Program-made: the position numbers and the translations under genes
From: Macrostomum lignano
Lineage: Eukaryota
Direction of reading: 5' to 3'
Length of the DNA stretch: 64,000 nucleotides
Assembly (NCBI GenBank): GCA_002269645.1
Contig: NIVC01000736.1
Coordinates: 62,001-126,000 of the forward strand
Notes under the pieces: generated by a model
The model's database searches: none
Told to the model about the DNA's origin: nothing
Seen by the model: the letters and a program-made list of their open reading frames with translations, nothing else
Shown: piece after piece, positions 23,360 to 33,992 of the stretch
Numbering within the stretch: the first letter of the stretch is position 1
How the letters are laid out: the number at the start of each line of letters is the position of its first letter

Positions 23360-26300
23360 TAAGTAACTAGCTAGCTAGCAGGGCGCGTCAGATGGCGCGC
23401 CGCAGAGCCTGGGAACGAACAAAGTCCGCTCCGTTGGCAGTGTCGGGCGCCCCAGCGTCGCACAACAGGCAGTCCACGAATCGAGGGTTCGGGCCTGACC
23501 CCGCCTGAAGGGACCCTGCAAGGTGAGCAGCAGGACGTCCTGAACAGGTTGGGGGCAGTAGCCCTCGGCCCGGATCACGTGGTTTGCCAGTTGAAGTCGC
23601 CGCCGGCGCATGATGGTGGACGGGCGCTGCAGTTTGGCCCGATCGTACAGGGCCTCGGTCCCGACGCTCTCGTCAGCTCGAAAGGCCGCACGGAGCAGCC
23701 CTGAGTGCGCCGAGTCCAGCTGCCGCTCTAGCGTATCCGTCAGCGTCCACGTCTCGGCGTTGTAGAGCAGGACGGTTTCAACCACCGCCTGCCACAGCCG
23801 AGCCCTCTGGCGGTCGGGCAGCACTTCGGATTGGAGGACGGCTCGGATCGAACGAAAGGCCGCCCAGGCAAGTCCTCTGCGCCGCCGGAGGTCCTCTTCC
23901 ACGTGAGGCACCAGACCGCCGAGGTAGGTGAACCGCTGGCAGCGTGCGAGCCTGGTCGTCTGCCCGTCTGCGACGCGGCACGTCAGGTCCGCTGGGATGT
24001 CGGCCGGCACAGTCAGCACCTCGGTCTTCAGCGTGTTGACAACCAGTCCGACGCTCGATGCCACCTCGACCAGCCTGTCGATCTAGCGCTGGGCGCCTTC
24101 AACGGACGAGGACAGGAGGGCGAGGTCGTCGGCGTAGCCAAGCACGCTTAGGCGCTTTCCGCCGTGGCGGCGACCGATGCGTCTGCGCAGCAGGAAGCGG
24201 TCATTAGCCGAGGGGAGTGCGGTCCGAAGCACCCAGTCCAGCAGCAGCACGAAGAGGAACGGCACAAGCGTGTCGCCATGCAGAACTCCTGATGAAGTGT
24301 CGAACAGGTCAGACAGGCCGTCCGCCGTCACCACAGCAGCTCGAGTATCGCAATACAGCGACATGATAGCGTCGATTAACTGCTGCGGGACCAGGTAGGC
24401 TTCTTCTTCTCCCATTCGGGCGCGCTCGGGCCAGGGCCCATGGCACCGGGCTTCAGACGGCGCCCGCCTTCGGAGGAAGTTCAGCACCGCGACGTAGTTC
24501 TCGAAAACTGCCGCGGGCTCCGGGCTTGCCCCCCAGAGGCGGCAGCGGTGTGGAGTCAGGGCGGGGCAGGAGATCAGCAGATGGGCCGCCGTCTCCTCTC
24601 CATCACCGCAGAAGCGGCAGGTGGGGGCCACGTCAACGCCGATGGCGGCCTGGAAGCCCCGCAGGGCCGGGCAGCGGTCGGCGCCGGCTGGCAAATCAGG
24701 CAAGGTGCCAGGCCAGCGAGCTCGTTCTCGCCGCCTCGGTGGCCGCCGCGTTGTAGGTCTGGTGCCAGCGGGCGAGGCAGTGGCGGCGGACGGCAGCCTG
24801 CGTGGCAGCCAACGGAACGGGCGCGGCGCCTTGTGCCAGCGTGGAGCCTCGTTTGGCGATCTCGTCCAAGGCCTCGTTGCCGAGGATTCCCGCGTGGCCA
24901 GGCACCCACTGCAGGTGGACCGTGGTTCCCCGGGCCGCGAGGTCGGCGAGGCTGGCCCAGACGGCGTCGATCATGGTGGCGCCCGTCGACCCGGAGCCGG
25001 ACGCGAGCGTGGTAAGCGCGCTCAGGGAGTCAAAGCAGATGCGGACCGGCGACAGCTCTTCAGGGTCCGGGGCCGCGAGCACCCACCGAAGGTCTCAGCG
25101 ATGGCCACTAACTCGGCGAGGAAACTGGACGTCACATGGCCAGCAGCGACGCACGGCGTGGTGTTGGGCTCGACCAGGATACCGCTGCCGCCGTCCAGGA
25201 TGCCGTCATTCGCCGCTCCGTCGTTCCAGACCACGGTGCGGGCGGGCGGCAGGGCGGCGAGCGTCTGCTCCGCCGCGGCTCTCCGGGCCGGCAGGTCCCC
25301 CGCGAGGTCGGGGAGGCCAGCTGCAGCCCGAAGGTGACGGAGTCCAGGTCAGCCCAGGGAGGGTGTCGTCGGGACAGCGTAGACGGGCTCTTGCGGGGAG
25401 CCGCCCAGGCCCGCAGCGCTGCAAACGCTGGCCGCCAGCCGCGGGCGCTTTGGAGGCGGCAGCGCGGGCCGACGCTGGCCGCGCAGGCGCGAAGCGGGTT
25501 GTCGGGCGGCAGCCTGAGGGTGCGCTCGTGGAGGAGGTCAGCGTGCATCTCCGCGCGGACTGCCATCGGCGGCAGCCCAGCCTCGCGCTCCAGCACCTCC
25601 GACCTGATGTTCCGCGGACACCCGGTGATGATGCGGTGATGAAGGGACCAGGTAGGCTCGAAGGACGAAAGGGAGCGCGGCTCTCAGCACCGAGTCAAAA
25701 GCCTTTCGAAAGTAAGCGAAGACAATGATCAGCATAGACTGGCGGATGCGCGCCTCCTCGATGACACGGCGGAGTGCAAGGATCTGTGTCACTGTACCGC
25801 GTTGCGGCCGGAATCCATTCTGCTCGTACCGCAGGTACGGGTCTAGCACCGACTGCAGACGATCGAGCAGCAGCCGGTTGAAGAGCTTCGCGGTGCAGGA
25901 CATCAGCGAGATCCCGCGGTGGTCTTCTTTCCAGTGGGAGCGGCGTGTCCAGTGGGAGCGCAAAACTGGCAGGTAGCGGCGACGCGGGCGCGTTCACGAT
26001 GCCGGCGAAGAAGTCGTGCAGTTCATTCCTGCGCTCCTCCGGGGTGTCGCCGGCAGTTTCAGCGCCACGCGCATTTTGCGCCCCGTCAGAGTCCTGACGG
26101 CCGTCCACACTGGGCGGCTCTTCACGTCGGGGCCGGCTGCAGTGATGGACCTGACGGCGTCGTCGACAGCGGCCTGCTGCCGCTCGTCTAGAAGCAAGGA
26201 CTATCCTAGTGATCCTTGTCTAGAAGGCGCTCAAACGCGTCTTCAGCGTCGCCTGTGGGCCGCCAGTTTCTGTGGAGTCGCTCGATGTTGAGCCGCGCCT

Positions 26301-26600
26301 GCCTGATGGTCGGGTCGCTCTGCCAGACAGGCAGTGATTTCTGCGCTGGCCGCATCAGCGGGACCGTCTGGTCCGCAGCGGCTGTAACGGCGGTGCTGAT
26401 GTCGGAATACTCCGCCTCGCGCTGGTCTCCAAGCGTGGCGACGAAGGCACCCGCGAATTGACGCTTCACGCAGGTGTCCAACAGTGCGCGATAGTAGTGC
26501 CGTGGCCGCTGCTTTGGTGGTCGGTAGAGCTGGTCGCGGAGCCGCAAGTCGCAGATCAGGAGGAGTCTGTGGTCTGACCGGGTCTACGAAGTTTGCCTTG
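23360..26600 (-). mobile_element. RTE-clade non-LTR retrotransposon (endonuclease end + RT), decayed, with nested insertions
   Basis: SDHRLL (end of APE), HRGISLMSCTAKLFNRLLLDRL, EQNGFRPQRG, FRKAFDSV, SGVLHGDTLVPFLF, LGYADDLALLS, FTYLGG; frameshifts and deletions; short (CTAG)-type 3' tail near 23360-23375. Confidence 0.9.
24402..25643 (-). mobile_element. 5'-truncated RNase H-containing LINE (I-group-like) inserted in the RTE
   Basis: 15-bp TSD GGGACCAGGTAGGCT at 24387-24401 and 25644-25658; RNase H motifs WNDGAA, AELVAI, CFDSLSAL, LQWVPGHAGILGNEALD; terminal CRFC..ETAAHLLISC knuckle; (GAA)n tail. Confidence 0.9.
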
Positions 26601-26605
26601 CCGGA

Positions 26606-27335
26606 CGTTTGCCGGCCGACGTTTGCCAGTGGGACGTTTGCCAGCCGACGTTTGCCAGCCGATGTTTGCCAGCGGGACCTTTGCCGGCCGACGTTTGCCT
26701 GCGGGACGTTTGCCAGCCGACGTTTGCCTGCGGGACGTTTGCCAGCTGGACATTTGCAGGCGGCAATTGGTTAAATAAGTATGCCCTCTCTAGGCTTGCA
26801 TGTACTTGCATTTGAAAACTGTGGACATAGCACTAATCTAATTCCACCTCGCTCCCTACTACTGCCATTAAATATACAGGTTTTACTAACAAACAACTGT
26901 TCAGGCTTATTGAAGTTATTGCTCTTGTCTGCCTAAATAGAAAGGTAAAAATACAAAAAAGAAATTTCCATCGTCACAGTTGATGTCTATGTATGCCATG
27001 GAATGGCCCTTTCCATCTCAGTGGCCAAACAAACTAGTGTTTACAAGCTAAATATGGGAAAAGATTGAGACATCCATAATGGTATTGCATTAATCTCGCC
27101 CAATACCAAGGACTTGAGTACTTGGTTACTTGAGTAGTCCTTGATATATACTTAACTCAAAAGCCAAACTCTGCTTAACGGAGTTTGGCCATGGCTGGCA
27201 AACGTCGGCTGGCAAACGTCCCGCAGGCAAACATCCCGCAGGCAAACGTACCGCTGGCAAACGTCCCGCAGGCAAACGTCAGCTGGCAAACGTCGGCTGG
27301 CAAACGTCAGCTGGCAAACGTCGGCTGGCACGTCC
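26606..27335. mobile_element. Foldback-like non-autonomous element with inverted arrays of GACGTTTGCC subrepeats
   Basis: Array 26606-26757 and reverse-complement array 27197-27335 flank an AT-rich core; exact ends and TSD not resolved. Confidence 0.6.
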
Positions 27336-28292
27336 TGAGGCGCTGAACGCGTGTTCCGTTGTTGTTGTTGTTGTCGAGTCTAACCGCAATCCCAAGACTT
27401 AAACCGCTGCTGGCGCTGCAACCAAAATGATTAAAATGCCGTCAGCTAAAAGAATAAAGAGGCATGCAACGCCAAGAGGAACTGAAGGAGGTAGCCAAGA
27501 GATCCAGAAAATTAACTGATTGGTCTTGCCCTTGCAGTTTTCATTCCTTTGGGATATTTACTAGATAAATTAATAGTGCAGTACCGTTGCGCAATGTTTG
27601 AATCAGTTGAAAATTCGAGCATCTTCCGACTTCCAACATAGAATTGAATATTGGCCTGGTTGTCACAATGTCACAAAATTACATAAAAGCAGGTGTTAGG
27701 GTGCCCTTCGATTACAAAAATGTATATGCAATGTGGCCCTCCCACCAAATAGCTCCCCCCCCCCACTTTGAAAAATTTTCCGCACCGCTGTCAGATCCTT
27801 AGCATTGAGTAGGACATAATGGATTAGCTGTCACTCCGGGCTAGAGGGTAGGACTAGAACCCTATTCTAGTCTCGAGAACGATAGGCCTATCGGGAGTAA
27901 GTTGTGCCTCACTGAATCACTGCCACATAACCGGCTCTAAAAATAGCTTGGTTTTACTCACGTGGTGTTAGGCATTACGTACCATAGCCATACTAGTCGT
28001 ATGTATGCACTAAGCCTTATTAGATAGTGCAACTTAGGTAGGATACGTTATTTTTTTAAAGCAAGCTTATGTTCCCTTTGAAGTTTAGGGGCTCAAGTAA
28101 ATCTTTGTTTAGCCCGCAAAACAAAAATTAAAATTTTGAATTTGCTGGTTTCCTAGAATTCCTTGCCACATTATACATTAATAATTCTAGGCCCGTAGAC
28201 GGTCTAGTTTTATTAAGAAACTGTTTAAAATTACAATCGGAAATTTACTAAAAGGCAAGAAAATAAAAGGCTTTGCCCCTTAATATATAAAA

Positions 28293-31200
28293 ATGTCAAG
28301 TACAAACTCCGTCTCTGTCGTTGTTTCTGGAAAAATCAAACTACTCAGCAACAAGAAGGTAAGGCATAGCGCATAGGTGGCCGGCCGCCGCCGCCGCGGC
28401 CTACGTTCCAAAGTATTGATATATGTCTTGTAGCTTGAACTAAAGCTTGAACTAAAACAGTTGAAAATTTGCTAGAGATAATAAAGATTAACAAATTGTT
28501 TTTCTTTTTCAACAATTTTTAGATGCAAGACATGTGTTGGTTCAAATCTAGAGTTGTTGCATACCATGTCTCCCCCTCTCTAATAAAAAACCTTTTCCTT
28601 AATGGCATGTATCTATAACTAGTATATATTGTCATATTCAATGAGACCAACGCCTGCAGCACTTTAACCAATATCAACAAAGAGATTGTTAGGCAGCTCC
28701 CATCTTATTCTGCATTCCTACCATCATTTCCCAGTAGACAAATAAATTTAAAGAGAAAGGAATGTCTGCTCAGCAGACAAACTGTTGGCAGACAAACAAC
28801 TGGCACCCAAATAAAAGGAGGAAGAGTCCAGATCAAGAGTATAAAATCCTAAGGCTAAGGAAGGTTTTTAAGTTAGTTGGTTGTGGCTTTTTAAGTTTAA
28901 TAGGCCTAGGCCTAGTCATAGGAATTTTGAACCCTAATATATACCAATCTTTAAGATTAAGGCCAAGAGTTAGTGTCTTACTCATAGCAGTGTCAAACTA
29001 TAACTGATGAATGATTACAAATCAATAGAGGTTGGATAGGATTGAAATCATTGTGCAGGATCAGGATTGGGAAAAAATGTTTGGGATTAGGATTGGGATC
29101 TGGGAATCAGGATCAGGTCTTTAAAATATTACAAACAACATGTGTTAACAAGGTTGAACAAAAAATGTTAGGATCTAGAAATAAAACATAACATAATGAT
29201 GCAAAGTTGTTAAATTTGGTTTATACTATTTGCTTTCTTTATTCCAAAAGTAAAGTGATGGCATTTTAAATTGTCCAGATAGTTTTATACAATACAAATA
29301 AGCATTCTATGTGATATTATATGCTCCAATAAGCTGATAAAAAGTAGAAATTGTGAAAAAAGTTAAAATGAGGGTTAGTATTTTTTCTTTAAAAACATTA
29401 AAATGTGAATGAAATAAAGTACAATATTATAAAAGCAAAGTTTACTATAAACTCTAAATAAAAAGTAGTAAAAAACTAGTTGCAACCTTTAAAGATGAAA
29501 ATACAATTTGAAATTTAGCCAGAAAAAATAAAGATAAGCTGACAAAAGTTTTTCCTAAGTATAGATATAATAAAAGCCAATGACATTTCATTATGGCATG
29601 CCAAATTGAACAAAAGTAATAATATTCCCCAGGCCCCAGTCGTATTAGTTAGTTTTACAGACCCCCACCCCACTTCCCTGCTGCCAAATCAGCAGTATCA
29701 ATAAATAACAACAACAAGGCATTAAATGGTGCTTTGCAAGCTCACTTTCACAAAACATTCAGTCCAATAAAGTTATTTGCTTACTAAAGTGCATTTAGTT
29801 CATTTACTAGAGTGCGGAGGAACTCATGACCAAACACAGTTGCCATCTAAAAAGCCTCTCACATTATTTTGCTGAGATGCTAAGATGAAAGGCAAATGAA
29901 ATGGAGGTGAATGTTTACAAACTTTAGTAAACCTACTATTTACAAACATGTTTTTGGTTGGCTCAATACACGTACAGTACAATACAACAGTGGCTGTCCC
30001 CACCTATTTTCGTGGCTTTCCCCGTGGCAGAGTTCTCCCATGCAAACACATAGGCTTCTATGTTCACTCTTTAGGCCCATGGTTTTCCCATGGAAATTCC
30101 TGCGGCAGAGTCCCCATTTCCCCTACCACTCATGTCATCGGCTTATATATGTTTGGCAAGGAAAAATGCTAATGTGACAAAGCTATTGGAGGAAGGTATT
30201 ACTAATAATTGACAAGTTGGTCAATCTTCCTTATTATGTGTGGCTTAAAATACTTGTAACCTACTCGTATATAACGATTTAGAATCGATACACTCAAAGG
30301 CAAAGCCCTTGTTTACAAGGCTAGGGATAAGGCTTAGACAAAGGCTAAGGCTAGTTTGTTTACAAGGCTAGGAATGTAGTTTTAGTGCCAATTGTACTTT
30401 AGCCTATCATGCAACATTTCTGTCACAATAATAGAATGTTATTACATATGCTACAATTATAATTTTTTATGGTTAATGATATTTCTCTTTCATGAATTCT
30501 TATGAAAAACAGTTTCTCATTTTTTCTTTTTCATTAATTTTAGTGGAAGCAACGGTTTTGTGTGGTAGCCAAAACTGATTTTGCTGGTAAGCCAATTGAG
30601 CACTATTAATTATGTTTTTATCTATTTAACTTTAGTTATTATTAAACTGTATGCAAACTAATCCAGGATCTGTAAAGCTGTTTGTCTATAAAGAGGCATC
30701 CGACTACAAAAAATCAGCTGACCTGTCAGCCCAAGCACCATATGACACTGTCTATGGCCTCGACTCTGTGTCCAGTTCTGACAAATCGCCAGTCATGGCT
30801 GCCATCGTGCTCACCTGCGAGGATCGCCTCGTGCTGCTGGGATTCAACAGCTACAGTGATTTGACATTTTGGCTTGAGAAAATCAGTAACTGCGTTCAAG
30901 GTGAGCTGTTTAATCTCTGTTCATGGCATTGGATTCTCCCAGTAACCCTTGGTTATCACACTGGCCCTCTCTGCCCTTGAATCTCCCAATGACCCCTTGC
31001 TTATCCCACTGACCGTCTCTGCCCTTGAATCTCCCAATGACCCCTTGCTTATCCCAATGACCATTTGCTTATCCCAATCACCCTCTCTGTCCTTGAATCT
31101 CCCAATGACCCCTTGCTTATCCCAATGACCATTTGCTTATCCCAATCACCCTCTCTGTCCTTGAATCTCCCAATGACCCCTTGGTTATCACACTGGCCCT

Positions 31201-33758
31201 CTCTGCCCTTAAATCTCCCAATGAACCCTTGGTTATCCCAATGACCCTCTCTGCCCTTGAATCTCCCAATGACCCTCTCTGCCCTTGAATCTCCCAATGA
31301 CCCTCTCTGCCCTTGAATCTCCCAATGACCCCTTGGTTATCCCAATGACCCCTTGCTTATCCCAATGACCCCTTGGTTATCCCAATGACCCCTTGCTTAT
31401 CCCAATGACCCCTTGCTTATCCCAATGACCCGCCCGCCTTCCCAACCCGCCGGCCCAGACGCCAGCTATCGGGCCAGGTTCATCAAGTGCGAGTCCATCG
31501 GCAAGCCAACCCAGCAGCAGCTGTGTCCATCTGGCGGCGGCGGAGGCCGACTGCACGTGCAGCCGTCCCGGCTGTGCTTCTACTCGGAGCCGGCCGACTC
31601 TCACGGGGGCCTGGCCGTCTGGCCGCTGCAATTTATCAAGCGGTACATGGTTAACGAGGCCATGCGCTGCTTTGTGTTCGAGGGCGACGTTGGCTGCGGG
31701 CAGGGTGAGTAGTTTTTTAAATCTAGATGTCTGTCTTCGAAATCTAGATGTCTGTCTTCGAAATCTAGATGTCTGTCTTCGAAATCTAGATGTCTGTCTT
31801 CGAAATCTAGATGTCTGTCTTCGAAATCTAGATGTCTGTCCTCGAAATCTAGATGTCTGTCCTCGAAATCTAGATGTCTGTCTTCGAAATCTAGATGTCT
31901 GTCTTCAAAATCTAGATGTCTGTCTTTGAAATCTAGATGTCTGTCTTCGAAATCTAGATGTCTGTCTTCGAAATATAGATGTCTGTCCTCGAAATCTAGA
32001 TGTCTGTCCTCGAAATCTAGATGTCTGTTTTTGACATTTGACAGTTCGCGGCATGCAGTATTTCCAATGCGACAGGCGGCACCAGCTGTACCTCGACATG
32101 AAAGCGGCCTGTGTTAGCAAGCCGCTGCCCTCGCTGGCTCAGGGTGAGCTGAGAATTACTCTTATCATTTTGTACTTTTACACTGATTATTGTGTACTTT
32201 TATACTGATCATTGTGTACTTTTATACTGATCGTTGTGTACTTTTATTATGATGATTGTGTACTTTTATTATGATGATTTTGTACTTTTATGCTGATAAT
32301 TGTGTACTTTTATGCTGATAATTGTGTACTTTTATGTTGATCATTGTGTACTTCTATGTTGATCATTTTGGTTTGGCCTCAGATCTCTAACTATGGTAGA
32401 CACCGCTAGCCATTGTGTTGATGTGACTGCACAGCTGGCCACATGCTCGCTAGTGTGTTCCCCCATAATTTCCCCATAATCCTCTTGTCATCCCAACAAC
32501 GCCTTCCTAGGCTGCACTGTCGAGGTCGCCGATCCACGCCGGCCAACCGCTAGCAGCAGCATCGACATCCCGAAGCCGCGAGCCGACAGTCAGCAGCAGC
32601 CGGAACCGGGAACGGGTAACCGGTGTCGGCACCGGTGCGCCAGTCGCAGGCTGTGGGATCTGCAGCGCTGTCGCTGCCGCTGCCACAACCCGGCTGCTGG
32701 CCAAGTGAGCGGCGAGGAGCAGCAGCTGAAGGCGCAGCAGCAGCTCGGCCAGTGGACGGCGGACAGCGGCTACAGCGGCGGCTTGCCCAGTTACTTCACC
32801 TTGTGCACCTTGCTGAAGCCTTGCGGCAGTCGGGATTACTGCAACCTGCCTGCCGGTGTCGGCAGCGCTCCACCAACTGCGGCTGCGGCGATGTCCAAAC
32901 TGAGGCTGGCCAGTCTGACTTGGCGTCGGCGACAGGTTTGTGACTCATATGGTAGCCATGGCAACTGAAAGCCGCGAGACTTTTCATACTGTTGGTTCTG
33001 GCTCTTGAAGCAGACCAATTTTGCTTTTCCACTGCATCCATAAGGAGCGCTGCAGCGGGCTGAATTCGAATTGATAAAATTTGCAGAACTCGCAGCAGGC
33101 GGACCCGCCGGGCCCCGCCAACGGCTACCGGCGGCTGGTCCGCTCCAGCTCCGACCTGTGCGGCTCCGCCAGCAGCTGCTGCAGCTCCTGCGGCTGCCGC
33201 TCGAACTGCCGCGACCCAGCGGCTGACGGCGGCTTCAGCAGCTCTGGCAGCGCCGCCACCTCCGACGACTTTCGCGTGCGCAACCCGCGCCACGGCTTCG
33301 AGTACGTCAGCAGGCAGCGCGTCGCCTCCCTGTCGGCGGCAAGCGGCTGCCATGCGAGTCTGCCGAATCCCGCACCGCTCAGCAAGAAGCCCACCGAAAG
33401 CGCGGCCCGCCGCCCAGCTGACCCGTGCCGGTCGGCGCCCTCAGCGACTTCAGCTGCCGGCGACACCTCGACGCTGCTGTACGCGACGCTGGACCACTCG
33501 GCGGCTGCTGCCCAGCCAGCTCTGGCAATGGCCTCCGCGACCCCGGCGGCTGCTGGCGCTCCCCAGCTGAACTACACGGAGGTTGACCACTGGAAGACCG
33601 GCGCGTTTCGCGAGATCGCGGAGCAACTGGACGGCTCCCGAAGGTTGCAGCAGCAGCAGCACGGCAGATCGAATTCCGGCTCGGCCTCTGGTACTTCCGG
33701 TCACCGTCGGTCGTTTATCCGCATGTTCCAGCGCGGGCACTCATTCAGGCAGGACTGA
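28293..33758 (+). CDS. DOK7: DOK7-like PH-PTB docking protein, 594 aa. Exons: 28293-28358, 30544-30586, 30667-30900, 31459-31704, 32045-32143, 32511-32935, 33087-33758
   Basis: 1785 nt, all phases consistent. SGKIKLLSNKK|WKQRFCVV, LFVYK, VLLGFNS and VWPLQFIKRY..FVFEG..CG align with human DOK7 (EGQVKLRDGKK|WKSRWLVL, LVYK, IMLGFDS, QWKLSDLRRY..FIFEGGTRCG). The first four intron positions match human DOK7 as I recall them. Confidence 0.75.
30960..31432. repeat. Intronic minisatellite (CCCAATGACCCCTTGCTTAT and CTCTCTGCCCTTGAATCT units)
   Basis: Tandem repeat filling DOK7 intron 3. Confidence 0.9.
31718..32028. repeat. Intronic minisatellite, 21-bp unit (AAATCTAGATGTCTGTCTTCG), ~14 copies
   Basis: Fills DOK7 intron 4. 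Confidence 0.93.
32170..32370. repeat. Intronic minisatellite, 21-bp unit (TTGTGTACTTTTATGCTGATA), ~9 copies
   Basis: Fills the 5' half of DOK7 intron 5. Confidence 0.88.
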
Positions 33759-33992
33759 GCGGCAGAGCTGACAGTGAATTGTGCCGCTTGAGCCCCCCGC
33801 AGGGCTGCCTCAGCACTGTCGGCAGTTCTCATTGAGACAATCAGCTTTTGACCTCATCGATCGCGCATGCTCAATGCTTGGTTCGCGAGCTTCAGGCTTT
33901 TCTGTAAATATTGGCCTCAGCTAATCAGCTCCTTCCGTGCAATCGTTTTTTGCTTCTAAAAGAAGCGCTTTGAATTAAATATCTACCTCGCT

